A stretch of 64,000 bases of DNA from the IMG/VR virus record IMGVR_UViG_3300037478_000520, positions 49,661 to 113,660 of that record; one strand, written 5' to 3'. Source of the stretch: a virus. Shown piece after piece: positions 28,090 through 38,317 of the stretch. A program made the translations under genes and the position numbers. Position 1 is the stretch's first letter, and every line of letters begins with the position of its first letter. Below the pieces are notes generated by a model, which saw only the letters and a program-made list of their open reading frames with translations, did not search any database and had not been told where the DNA came from.

Positions 28090-28648
28090 CTCTCACTATT
28101 CTCAATAGGACCCGTTTTATGTGTCCTAGCTGGGACCACTTTTCAATCAGAATCCCAGTTGTTTCAATTTTTGAAATGACTGAGCGAAATTACAACCCCC
28201 AACACAAACCAAAATGGGACCCCTTTTCCCACACACCCGATGGGACCCCTTTTTTTTAATTCCACCCCATTCTCATTTTTGTGGTTGCCCACATGTAGGG
28301 CTTAGGGTCCCTTTTGCGTTTGGTGCGTGGGGGAGAGAGGGGGGTAGCGCGGGGCCCTGAACAGGGGCACCCGTCCTTATTTGGGGGAACCTTCTTTTTT
28401 GTTTTGGTGGGGGGTCAAGTCGCTCGAGGCACGTCGCTCGAGGCAACTGTCCTGTTTATCCGGATGGTTCCGGGTCCATCGCCCCGATGGCGCCTGCGAT
28501 GCTCTGATCGTGGCGTGGCATCGATGTGCGTGGCTCTGCGCCCTGCGCTCCACTCACTCACTCTAGCATGCGCGGGCGCGGGCCGTGCTTCCTTATAGGA
28601 CTGCCTTGAGTTCGACCATGGGTCCGCAGAAAAAATCACGCACGCGTC

Positions 28649-28708
28649 TTTTTTGTGCACCCAGCGCTTGACACCGTGGGCCGCAGCGCGCATAGTTCTT
28701 GTGCACCC
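28649..28708 (+). promoter_or_regulatory. Early promoter/operator copy 1
   Basis: TTTTTTGTGCACCC, TTGACA (28668), 17 nt, CATAGT (28691), then TCTTGTGCACCC. Confidence 0.8.
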
Positions 28709-28742
28709 TGGAAGTGGGTGCGAGAAGGAAGGAAGGAAACGG

Positions 28743-29078
28743 ATGGACGCAACTCCTACAAAACTCAAGAACGGCGCCTGGGGCGCCCGTGTGCAAGGAC
28801 AGGTCGGCATCGGCGACTCGGTCAAGATCGTGACTAAGTCCGGCAAGTCCTGGACGGCCACTGTCGAAAAGGTCGTGTGGCAAGGCGACGGGGTCACGTT
28901 GTGCGCGACGTCTAGCGCCCCGCGGTCCAGCTCGCAAGCGCGGAACTACGACCCCGAGCGCTTCAACGGCTACGGCGCGCCACGAGGTGGCTACCGCAAG
29001 GCGTGCAAAACTGGCGGCAACTGCTCCAGCTTCGGTTCGGGTCGATCGTGCGGAGGTTACGACTGCGATGGATTCTAA
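28743..29078 (+). CDS. Hypothetical early protein
   Basis: ATG after a GGAAGGAAGGA RBS; TKLKNGAWGARV...VTK.GK motif and Cys-rich C-terminus. Confidence 0.7.
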   Translation: MDATPTKLKNGAWGARVQGQVGIGDSVKIVTKSGKSWTATVEKVVWQGDGVTLCATSSAPRSSSQARNYDPERFNGYGAPRGGYRKACKTGGNCSSFGSGRSCGGYDCDGF

Positions 29079-29140
29079 GAGGAAGACGATCGTAGTCGCT
29101 TGGACCGAACGAGCGCCGCGAGAAAAGCGCACGACCTTGA

Positions 29141-29198
29141 TTTTTTGTGCACCCAGCGCTTGACACAAGAGATGCCAGGCGCCATAGTTTCTTGTGTG
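29141..29198 (+). promoter_or_regulatory. Early promoter/operator copy 2
   Basis: TTTTTTGTGCACCCAGCGC, TTGACA (29160), 17 nt, CATAGT (29183), TTCTTGTG. Confidence 0.8.
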
Positions 29199-29249
29199 GC
29201 CAGGAAACGGCCACTAGACGGACGGAAGAAGGAAGGACGGACTGACGGA

Positions 29250-30465
29250 ATGCGAAAACACCTGAACACAATTTGGCCGCGCGACGTCGCGGTAACCGCG
29301 GGTTGGCTGACGATCGCGACCGGGGGCTTTGCCTCGCTTGTGCTGCCGTTGCTGCAGCTGGGAGGTGCGCTGTGATCTACCGCGAGGACAACACGGAGGG
29401 GTACAGCGCTGCGGCGCTGGCTGAGCTGAACCGCCGCTGGGCCGAGCGCCACGCCGATCTCGACCCCGACGGCCAGGAGGGCAAGGTCGCTGCCGAGCTG
29501 CTACTCGCTGAGTTCGACGCCGAGATCGACCGCGGAGGTGCGCTGTGACCGACACCGAAAACCTGGATCTTTGCACGCACGTACAGTTCAGCCGGGGATC
29601 GCGGTCCTACCCTGGCACCGAAGCTGACTGGCAGGCGTACCTGTCCCACGGGGGGAAGGGGACGCTGACGCGCTTACTGGCAGCTGAGCACGCGGGCGAG
29701 TGTCCAGCGTGTGCGAAGATCGCGGAGTCGGAAGGCGGTGCGCTGTGACGAGCTACACCGTACGCGGAGAGCGTGTCACACTCGACCGCGAAGGCGTCGC
29801 GCGGTCTCTAGCGCACGAATTGCGCGAGGTCGAACGGCTTAGCGCTGGTCGCTACAACCGCGACGAGCTTGCCGACACGCCAGCCGAACGCTGGGCTTAT
29901 CTGCTGTGGTCGAGATCCGAGGTTGCGCGCTTCGCGGCGATCCTACAGTGCATCGACGATAGCGTCGCACAGCTGCCCAAGACACTCTACCCCGGGGCTC
30001 CGCTGTGACGTTCTCGCACTTTTTCGGCGGCATGGCGATGTGCGGTGTTCACGTTGCGATCTACACGATCGAGGGGTCAAACGACGTCATCGCGCGTCTT
30101 GAGACGACCGGACGGAAGCCGATCGCTGCTCCACTGCGACTAAGCCAGGAAGAGCTCAAGGCGATCCCTGGGAACAAGACGAAAAGCCTTGCGCATCTGA
30201 TCAACGCCTGCAATCGGGGGTCGCTGTGATCGCGGACGCCACCACGCCCGCCGATCACTCCGCGTTCGTGCGCGAGCTGACAGCGCTCTGCCGCGCGTAC
30301 GGCGTAACACTCGACCTCCGGGCGGGCGATGGGTGCCCGCCCGAAGTCGCCTCCGCAGTCCGGGACGCGGATGTCGAAATTGTCCTCAGGCCGATCGACC
30401 CTAGCGACCTCGGAGAGTGGACCGAAACGAATTCAGGCGCGGTGTACTGGCCGATTCGCGAGTGA
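29250..30465 (+). CDS. Chain of six small coupled hypothetical genes (29250-29375, 29372-29548, 29545-29748, 29745-30008, 30005-30229, 30226-30465)
   Basis: Each junction is a GTGA stop/start overlap preceded by a GGAGGTGCGCT-like sequence. Confidence 0.7.
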
Positions 30466-30547
30466 ATGGCTGGCGACGGGGCTTGGACTTCGGCCGAGCC
30501 CCAACGCGAGCGACTTTTTTCACTTCGAACAACAAGGGAATACCGCC

Positions 30548-31075
30548 ATGACATCTTACACTGTAATCATAACGTGGGCGCTCGCCGCTAGCGCTGGGAC
30601 CGGACAGACAACCGTCTGCTTTGAGGCCGCATCGCCCGACCCTGCCAAGGCGGCCGTGGAAGCGTGGCGGACCCCCGTCACGCACAGCGGTTCCGCTGTA
30701 ATCGAGTGGATGCCCGAAACCGCTGTAATCGCGTCCGTGCGGGCCGTGGCTGACGGGTGCGGCAAACATGCCCGCCCGTCCATCGCCAAGCCGCCCGAGG
30801 CGACAATCCTCGAGATTCCCGCTGCGACCTATCCCGCCACCGTCCACTACCGCACGCCCGACGGATCGACGGCCCGATGCGACGCGACAATCCTGTGCTC
30901 CGGGCGGGGCGACCATTGCGAGGCCGTGATAGACCCTGGCGCCTGCACATCGCACTGGGGACTTGAGCAATGTCTCGCCAGCACCGTGGCCGTACCCGGC
31001 GACGATTCCGCCGATACCCTGGGGTGCGACCCGGGCGCCCGGCTGCTCGATATCGACTGGACGGACCCGCTGTAA
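30548..31075 (+). CDS. Hypothetical early protein containing the protospacer of array 1 spacer 1
   Basis: ATG 30548 after AAGGGA; 30891-30927 matches spacer 7040-7076 at 36/37. Confidence 0.65.
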   Translation: MTSYTVIITWALAASAGTGQTTVCFEAASPDPAKAAVEAWRTPVTHSGSAVIEWMPETAVIASVRAVADGCGKHARPSIAKPPEATILEIPAATYPATVHYRTPDGSTARCDATILCSGRGDHCEAVIDPGACTSHWGLEQCLASTVAVPGDDSADTLGCDPGARLLDIDWTDPL

Positions 31076-31250
31076 CGTAAGCCCCTTACCGAGTGCAGTC
31101 CCGCGATCGTCGTCGAGCTGGTGTAGCGCCCGGGTGCTGCGTTCGCGCCGACCGGCGATTCGTGCCTAGCAAAAAAAAAGATCAAAAATCTAATCGGGGG
31201 CCACCTAGCCCCCGAATGCGGCCGCACCGGGATGCGCGCACCCTGGTCGC

Positions 31251-31436
31251 ATGGACACACCCACCATCCCCGCTGGTCAGCTACGACGTCTCGCCGTCGA
31301 CGCTGATGCCGATCCCCGGTCGGTGCGGGCCGTCCTGCGCGGTCGACGACTGCGCGGCATGGTCGACGACCGAATCCGCCGCACGCTGATTGCGCACGGC
31401 ATCACGCCCCTACCGTATCGGGTGGAGGCCGAATGA
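31251..31436 (+). CDS. Small HTH DNA-binding protein (Cro/LacI-like)
   Basis: LRRLAV.A..DPRSVR.VLRG.....V..RI pattern. Confidence 0.55.
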   Translation: MDTPTIPAGQLRRLAVDADADPRSVRAVLRGRRLRGMVDDRIRRTLIAHGITPLPYRVEAE

Positions 31437-32747
31437 CACGCCTGATCGCCTTGGGGCTGATCACCACCGGCTTACCGGCGCGCCGACCGTAAACCTCTCG
31501 GCCCGCCTTGAGGTGCGCTTGGACCGCCGCCGATGCGGCCTTCCTAGCGCGGCGCATCACAGCCTCCCCCTTGGTCTCGGAAATCTTGCCACGCATTGTC
31601 CATTCCACTCGCCATTTCCATCCACCGTGGAAACGTACCGCGAATCCCTCTGCGATCCCTAGGCGATCTTCCGACACCCTGTAGTCTTCGGTTGTCCCAC
31701 CCCTCTGGGCGCATTTCCCCTGCCCCGACAGATGGTGAGTCCTCAGGCTACGAGGCTCAGCAGTCTTGTGGAGGCCGAGGCGGCTCCCACCCCCCTTCCC
31801 CATCCCCTTATTACCAGTCTAAACCGCCATCCACCTTACCGAGCCAATCGCCGCCCCGCATTCCAAGTTACCGTGTGATAACGTGGTGTTGGCTGAGTCT
31901 GCAGCGGTTGTTTTGCTGTAATCGCCGCTAGGTATTGGAGTGGGTTGGTGAGGTTGTTGTGTGGTGTGACGCTGGCTGTATCGCGGGGTGTTTGGCGGCT
32001 TCGGTATGGCTGTGGACTGCTCGGTAATTGGTGGACTACCAGCTGGTATTGGGAGTGTTTTTGTTCTGTTTTGACTCATTCCGGCACGTGCTGACGGATC
32101 ATTCAGCCAAGACAGATACTGTCTTAAATTGCTTCGGTATACAGCCTTGTTTCCGGGCCTTTCACCGTGTAACAACGTCGCAAATAAGTAATCGCTAGAA
32201 ATACATTGTGGGCTTGAGTTGTACAGTGGGGAAGTGAGGGGTTCGCTTGGTGTTTGAACTCGGGAAGTGTGTTCGAGGTGTCCGAGTTGATTGCTGCGGG
32301 CGGCTCGCCCAAGCACCAAGCTACCTCTCGCGACCCTCTCGACCCGCTGGCGGAGCCCCCTGTCGGCGCGCCGTCTCGCGATTCTCCCCGGGCGTGACCG
32401 CTTCCCAAATCGGGCTGTAATTTGCGATCCACGCACGGCCTAGCGCGACCTGCGCAAGCGTCGCGATCCGAACCCGGCCGTTGTGGTGCCAACGCATGTG
32501 CGCCTTGCGCCACAGCTCCCCGTCTGGAGCTACGCGGGCGGCAACGTCCCGACACCATTCCAGCTCGATCCACCGGCTGACTATCAGCGCTACCCGCTCC
32601 CCCTGTCGGCCCCTGCAACACGCCGCCCACGTCAGGGCCGCTAGGTAGCTCTGCCGGCGATCATCCAACTTAGGCGCGCGCACGGGCTAATCCTAGCGGA
32701 TTTCTCGAACACTTTCACTGGGCGCAAAAAAAGTCCATGGCTGTCTA

Positions 32748-32807
32748 TTTTTGTGCGCACAAAAGCTTGACTCGCTAGGGACTTGAGCTTAGGTTTCTTG
32801 TGCGCCC
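32748..32807 (+). promoter_or_regulatory. Early promoter/operator copy 3
   Basis: TTTTTGTGCGCAC, TTGACT (32767), 17 nt, TAGGTT (32790), TCTTGTGCGCCC. Confidence 0.72.
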
Positions 32808-32842
32808 GGGAAATAGGGCGCTCAAAAGGAGCTTGAGACACC

Positions 32843-33142
32843 ATGGCAGACCACGTCAGCATCGCTAGGACCGGCAAAGGCCGCACGCTTCGGGGTTGGG
32901 AGGATTCGGAGCTCAGCTTCGATGCCTACTTCCAGCCAGGGGACAGGGTCGATGAAAAAACCTTCTACTACTTTCTAGAAATTCTACCCCCGCGATCCAT
33001 GCGAGCGGGCGGCTTCCAGGTAGGCGAGCCCACCGACCACCGGGGCCCGAACGGGAGTGCTCGATACAGCACCTTTGTGTGCTGCGGGGACTACTACTAC
33101 GCGGGCGATCATCCCGCCCACACAACCATCACAATCGCCTAG
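32843..33142 (+). CDS. Hypothetical early protein
   Basis: AGGAG RBS; PGD.VDE...YFLE.LPP....FQ.GEP.DH motif. Confidence 0.7.
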   Translation: MADHVSIARTGKGRTLRGWEDSELSFDAYFQPGDRVDEKTFYYFLEILPPRSMRAGGFQVGEPTDHRGPNGSARYSTFVCCGDYYYAGDHPAHTTITIA

Positions 33143-33172
33143 CCACCTGCAACCAAAACCGGAACGAACACC

Positions 33173-34045
33173 ATGAACACGAACACCATGAACGCCTGCC
33201 AACGATGCAACGCCGAATCCAAAACCGATGTGTGCGGGCGATGCGCCGCCTACGTGAGCCAGATCGAGGCCAAGCGCGACCGATACGAGGAACGCGCCGA
33301 AAAGGCATCGGACGAGTCCGAATCCCGCATGAACGCGTTCTCACGCGTCACCGGGAACATCCCACTAGGACAGCCGATCCTAATCGGCCACCACAGCGAA
33401 AAGCGCCATCGGAAGGATATCGAACGCGCAAAAAACAACCTCAAAAAGAGCATGGAAGCGGCCGACAAGGCCAAGCACTACGCCAGCAAGGCCGAATCCT
33501 ACGGTACGCACGGCATCGCTAGTGACGACCCGGCTGCTGTCGCTCAGCTGAAGCAAAAGATAGCCGGGCTGGAGTCCAGTCGGGACGAAATGAAGCGCAT
33601 CAATGCGATTTTCCGCAAGGGCGGATGGGATGCAGTGAGCGCAGAAATTGGACCGGAGCAATTTCGAAAACTCATCAGCCGAGTCCAATACCAAACCGAA
33701 CAGCGCCCATTCCCTTCCTACGCGCTAGCCAACCTCGGTTCGGAGATCCGGCGCGTAAAGCAGCGGATCGCGGAGTTGGAGATCAAGGAAGCCTCGCGCC
33801 CCGTAGATCCAAATGATTCGGAGGAAACGATCATGGACGCCCCCGGCAAGTTCGTTGCGGCGGTTCACCACGACCTTGACCGCGTTGCCTTCGACTTCCC
33901 TGGGAAGCCCGCGGAAGCCGTTCGCACTGTCCTCAAGTCCGCCGGATTCCGCTGGGCGCCATCGCTCGGCATGTGGACTCGCAAGGACACTCCGAACGCG
34001 CGCGCAGCAACCCGCCGAATCGCCGAGCAAATCGCAGCACTCTAA
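33173..34045 (+). CDS. DUF3560 domain protein
   Basis: Signature IPLGQPILIGHHSEKRHRK, I.SDDP.A...L..K, Y.L.NL..EIRR...RI; C-terminal F.GKP...VR..LK..GFRWAPS..W. Confidence 0.88.
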   Translation: MNTNTMNACQRCNAESKTDVCGRCAAYVSQIEAKRDRYEERAEKASDESESRMNAFSRVTGNIPLGQPILIGHHSEKRHRKDIERAKNNLKKSMEAADKAKHYASKAESYGTHGIASDDPAAVAQLKQKIAGLESSRDEMKRINAIFRKGGWDAVSAEIGPEQFRKLISRVQYQTEQRPFPSYALANLGSEIRRVKQRIAELEIKEASRPVDPNDSEETIMDAPGKFVAAVHHDLDRVAFDFPGKPAEAVRTVLKSAGFRWAPSLGMWTRKDTPNARAATRRIAEQIAAL

Positions 34046-34075
34046 CCGCCCCGAAAGACACCGGAGAACCTATCC

Positions 34076-35320
34076 ATGCGCACCACCTACATAATCCCCT
34101 CAGAACGCGTGCCCGCCTTTGAAAAGCGGATCGGACAGCTCCGCCGCAAAGCGTCCAAGCTCGGGTGCCCCGAAATCACTTGCGAGCGCTTAGGCGATTA
34201 TTGGACCCGCTATGTCCTGGAGCACGGACTATGCCAGATCCACACCTATGTCGCGTTTGAATGCGGCACCGAAGCGCCGTCTTTCGACGGCTGGACCCTA
34301 GCCGCGAAGATCGAAAACGGGGCTTGGCTTGGCGATGCGGACGGCGCGATCGTCAAGCGAGTACCCGGCTCACCGGAACTCCCCGAAGCCTTCCGCGACC
34401 ACAGTGCGATCGATCCGCAGCACTGTGATCACTGTGCTGCATCCCGCCGGCGCAAAGACACATTCGTTGTCCGGCACGATACCGGCGCGTGCAAGCAGGT
34501 TGGACGCCAGTGCATCCGAGATTTCCTTGGGCACGACTCACCGGAGAAAATCGCAAGCCGGTATGACTTTTCCTTGGAGCTGCACGGTGAATTGTCCGAG
34601 TTTTGCAGCGGCGGGCAAGCCATCGAGCTTGCCGATTACGCGGAATTCCTCGCCTACGTGTTCAAGTGCATCCGAATGGGCGGGTTCACCTCCGCCAGTA
34701 CCGCCAAGCGCCGAAGCGAAACCGCTGCGACCGGATGCGAGGTCTTATCGACAGCCGATGAAGCCGCTAGCGCTATGCGCGCCCGCCCTCAATCACGCGG
34801 GTACTGGACCCCAGAGACAAAGGACTTCAAAGACGCACTAGCCGCCCTGGAATGGGCGCCAGCGTTGACCGAGCAGTCCAGCGACTTCGCGCAAAACATG
34901 CGCGCCGCGCTTGCCGGTGCTGGCGTCTCCATCCGGACGCAAGGCACCGTCGCCTACCTCGCGGAAGCCTACCGCAACCGTAACGGTCGCCCCGACCGTG
35001 CCGGCAAGGCCCCTAGCGCGCACGTAGGCGCCGTCAAATCGCGCGTTGAGCTCACCCTCACCCTGGACCACGAGACAGGCTGGGATGGCACCTACGGCTG
35101 GACCCGCCTCTACAAATTCAGCGATGTCGCCGGCAACGTGATCACCTGGAAAACCGGCAGCAAGTTTCGCGACGAATCCGGGGAGGCCATCGAAGTGGGC
35201 GACACCCTTGACGTCAAGGCGACAATCAAGGCCCACAGCAACTACCAGGGGACGGCCCAAACCGCCATTACTCGAGTCACGGCGACCTGCAGCGCGCGCA
35301 AGCCCGCGCGATGCGCTTGA
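34076..35320 (+). CDS. Conserved phage protein with Zn-binding motif and C-terminal OB-like fold
   Basis: CDHC...RRRKDTF, QVG..C..DFLG, HVG....R....., G.YG.....F.D..GN...W.T. Confidence 0.7.
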   Translation: MRTTYIIPSERVPAFEKRIGQLRRKASKLGCPEITCERLGDYWTRYVLEHGLCQIHTYVAFECGTEAPSFDGWTLAAKIENGAWLGDADGAIVKRVPGSPELPEAFRDHSAIDPQHCDHCAASRRRKDTFVVRHDTGACKQVGRQCIRDFLGHDSPEKIASRYDFSLELHGELSEFCSGGQAIELADYAEFLAYVFKCIRMGGFTSASTAKRRSETAATGCEVLSTADEAASAMRARPQSRGYWTPETKDFKDALAALEWAPALTEQSSDFAQNMRAALAGAGVSIRTQGTVAYLAEAYRNRNGRPDRAGKAPSAHVGAVKSRVELTLTLDHETGWDGTYGWTRLYKFSDVAGNVITWKTGSKFRDESGEAIEVGDTLDVKATIKAHSNYQGTAQTAITRVTATCSARKPARCA

Positions 35321-35682
35321 TCACGCCACGGGACTTCCCAAGAAAAAACGCGCGGGCGTTCGTTTTATGGTTGCACAACAACCCGAATCGTGAGATCTAT
35401 TGTGCATCCAACAACTGACACGGGAGATTCCAAATGACCAGCTACCTGAACTTTCTCGAAGCGACCAAGCACCCACGCGGAACCCGCTATGCTGTCCACC
35501 TTAGCCCTTCAGCAAGCAACCCAAACGGCGTGCTCTTAGCCAATGGCCTGACGCGATCTGAAATGCTGAGGTTTGCGCGGAACATGCAACCGGACTTCCG
35601 GGTGTTCGCCCACACCCCGGATGCCCTGATCGCGCTGTAAGCACCCCCCGCCACCTCACCCCAACCTCCGGAAGCCAAGCCC

Positions 35683-36378
35683 ATGACCCCCAATACCCTA
35701 AAGAAGCAGCGCGCCATGATCCGCAGCCTGTGCGCGGCGTTCGGTCGCGCGCACGCCGACCAAGCGAAAGCCACCAAGGCGTACACGCGGGCATCACGCC
35801 ATGTGTCCGTGGACACCCGCGACGCGGGGGAACGCCTTCGCGACGCTCAACTCGCACTAGAAATCGCCGCGGAAAGGTTCGTCACTTACGTCATGCAACA
35901 CGATCACGCGTTCGCGGACATCTGCGACCGTCCACACGCAACGGTCGTTCAAGCGATCGACGCTGGAATCAAGAAGTCCGGCGGGGATATGATCCAGTTC
36001 GCGCGCATGACACGCGCAACGCTGCGAAACATCGCCACGCGGGCCCTGGAATCAACCCGCAAATCCGCCTTGGCTAAGTGTGATGGCCTTGCGTGGGACG
36101 GGACTGTCGCAAGCCTTGCCCAATGCCTTGTGAGCGCCTGCAAGGGCCGCGCGGATTACCTGGACGTACGCGGGCAAGGGATCGACGCACGCAAGGCGCT
36201 GGAAGTCGCCAGGGCGCTCCCCGCAGATGCGACCGTGTCACTCACCGGTGGGCACTTGATCTTTCGCTACCGCGACGGACGCGGGCAAATCAGCCTGTGC
36301 ACCACTTCCGAGTCCCACAGAGCCGAAGGAACGATCACCGTCCCGGTTGTGCACGCCACCGCTCGAGCCGCAGCTTAA
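35683..36378 (+). CDS. Hypothetical protein
   Basis: 231-aa ORF in the early operon. Confidence 0.55.
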   Translation: MTPNTLKKQRAMIRSLCAAFGRAHADQAKATKAYTRASRHVSVDTRDAGERLRDAQLALEIAAERFVTYVMQHDHAFADICDRPHATVVQAIDAGIKKSGGDMIQFARMTRATLRNIATRALESTRKSALAKCDGLAWDGTVASLAQCLVSACKGRADYLDVRGQGIDARKALEVARALPADATVSLTGGHLIFRYRDGRGQISLCTTSESHRAEGTITVPVVHATARAAA

Positions 36379-36628
36379 AGCCGCTAGGGCTCAAGCCCGC
36401 TGTAACCGAACTGAAAGGGAAATCACATGACCGAACACACGAAGTACCCCGAAGCGACCGACAACGGCAACGACGATCCAATTGGGCGATGGTACGCCCG
36501 GCGGCAGCGCGAAAAACACGAGGCATTCGACCGCTGGCAAGCGGCCAAGAGTTCCGGTGCCTAACCGCACTCATGGCGTTTTGGCACGAGTGCTTGTCGC
36601 CCCAAGAATAAATCTCGCACGGATTGCA

Positions 36629-36689
36629 TTTTTGTGCGCACGAATCATTGACACGGGGCACCGCTAGCTCCACAGTTCTTTGTGCACCC
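36629..36689 (+). promoter_or_regulatory. Early promoter/operator copy 4
   Basis: TTTTTGTGCGCAC, TTGACA (36648), 17 nt, CACAGT (36671), TCTTTGTGCACCC. Confidence 0.75.
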
Positions 36690-36733
36690 ATCAACCGTCC
36701 CGCTAACGCAGCGGGACCCTCGGAAGGAAAACC

Positions 36734-37003
36734 ATGGCAAAAAAACACCCTGTGAGCACGCACGAGCAATTTGGCGCCGACCGTTGGCTCGGCACGGCCG
36801 ACGACTGCGATGCAGTGCGATACCTCGCTCGGAATCTACCGATTGAAGATACCCACATCGAGGACCCCGAGTTTGCGCGTGGTGTAATCTGTAGTGAGTC
36901 GGGCGTCGGCGAGTGGGACCCTGAAGCAGCGGACATCTTCGAGGCCGAGCTACTCGCGCGCCTGCAGAGGATGGCATCAGCCGCGGAAGAAGGTGCGCTG
37001 TGA
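36734..37003 (+). CDS. Hypothetical acidic early protein
   Basis: GGAAGGA RBS; ends EGAL with a GTGA overlap. Confidence 0.65.
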   Translation: MAKKHPVSTHEQFGADRWLGTADDCDAVRYLARNLPIEDTHIEDPEFARGVICSESGVGEWDPEAADIFEAELLARLQRMASAAEEGAL

Positions 37004-37689
37004 GCGCGCGGTGCGACCAGTGGGACGTCGACACGGTGCCCGCGCGCCGCTGCAACCAGTCGGGGGTCAACGTCCGGCTACCATGCCCGGTCGGGCGCCC
37101 GGACGCCACTGCGTGCTACTGCGACGACCACGGGGGCGAAATCCGCGCCCGTCGCGAGGCCGAACGGGATTGGAATTATCTGGCGCCGGAATCCGTTGGT
37201 GACGCGGGCGCGGTCCATGCCGCGGGATGCGCGCAACTGACCACGATCAACGCCTACCTGGTGATCCGTCAGACTCCGCCGCCGCAAGGCTCGGTTTGGC
37301 TCGCGTGGCTGGGCCTCGGATCGCTGCTTACGCCCGTTGGCCGGCCCGGCGCCGTCCCTAGCCGACGTGCGGGGCAAAAGCACCGGCGCGCTCACAGTCC
37401 GGGCGTCGCTCACGTGACCGGCGTCCGGAGCTTTGATTCACGAGCCGAAGCCGTATTGGCTGGCATCGGCGCTTGGGCCGAACGCTTGAACGCTGACGTC
37501 GCAACCATTCGACGCGCGCGCGGAGGAACCCTCGCATGGGGCGTGCCGGTCGAGCCGCTGCTCTCACCGATCATGGTAGAGGTGGCACCCGACCAAAACG
37601 CGTGGGATGTGGCGATCCAACAGCCTCGTGTCGCTGGGGTTGGGCTGGGGCGGATCACGGGCCTTCGCGCGAGTGGAGAAGCGTTGTAA
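37000..37689 (+). CDS. Hypothetical protein
   Basis: GTGA-coupled to the upstream gene. Confidence 0.55.
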   Translation: MSARCDQWDVDTVPARRCNQSGVNVRLPCPVGRPDATACYCDDHGGEIRARREAERDWNYLAPESVGDAGAVHAAGCAQLTTINAYLVIRQTPPPQGSVWLAWLGLGSLLTPVGRPGAVPSRRAGQKHRRAHSPGVAHVTGVRSFDSRAEAVLAGIGAWAERLNADVATIRRARGGTLAWGVPVEPLLSPIMVEVAPDQNAWDVAIQQPRVAGVGLGRITGLRASGEAL

Positions 37690-37780
37690 GGAGTCGAAAA
37701 CTGGTGAAATTCAGTTTTGCCCGAGGCACGCCTGTTTTTCCCACGGCTCATCCGGCTGTGTCAGCGCGAAAGGCAACACC

Positions 37781-37975
37781 ATGATCCGCACCCTCCTACT
37801 CACTCTCGCCACGGTCGCCGCCCTGGCTGCCCTTCACGGCGCGCCCGAGCCCGCGTGCGCCAAGGGTCGTTGCACCCGCATGAAGCCATGGTGCCCGCCG
37901 TTCCGCGAGCCCTTGTGCATCTGCACTGACCCCGTTAGACCAAGCTCCTGCAGTTGGGAATGCGTGGCACTATGA
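37781..37975 (+). CDS. Small secreted Cys-rich peptide
   Basis: Signal peptide MIRTLLLTLATVAALAA followed by 7 Cys. Confidence 0.55.
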   Translation: MIRTLLLTLATVAALAALHGAPEPACAKGRCTRMKPWCPPFREPLCICTDPVRPSSCSWECVAL

Positions 37976-38193
37976 CGACGAATATGGACACCGGCATGAT
38001 AACAACGACTCGAAAAAAAGGGCGCCCGAAAGAGCCCTACCCCGCCGACAAGCGAATCCATGTCCGGTGTCAGACCGCGCAGCTCGCGGAGATCCACCGC
38101 CGAGCGTCCGACGCTGGTATGACATTCTCTGAATACGTGCTGGCGTGCTGCCTTGCCGGCTGGGATCCAGAGCGCAGCGCTAGCGATGCGTGA
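37972..38193 (+). CDS. Ribbon-helix-helix DNA-binding protein
   Basis: KGRP...DKRIHVR......I..RA...GMT.SEYV. Confidence 0.7.
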   Translation: MTTNMDTGMITTTRKKGRPKEPYPADKRIHVRCQTAQLAEIHRRASDAGMTFSEYVLACCLAGWDPERSASDA

Positions 38194-38220
38194 TTCAGAA
38201 AAAAAATCACGCGGACCGCA

Positions 38221-38272
38221 TTTTTTGTGCACCCGAGCAGTTGACAGAGCGGACGGCGTGATCTAGTTTCTC
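38221..38272 (+). promoter_or_regulatory. Early promoter/operator copy 5 (heads the operon ending in the Cas effector)
   Basis: Upstream A-tract AGAAAAAAAATCACGC, TTTTTTGTGCACCC, TTGACA (38241), 17 nt, TAGTTT (38264). Confidence 0.78.
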
Positions 38273-38317
38273 GGAGTGAGGGACGGACCCTTAACCCGGA
38301 CGGACCGGGGCGAAAGA

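Noticed and set aside
28500-38300. Many CTAG sites in the early region
   Set aside because: A rough count is close to random expectation for this base composition.
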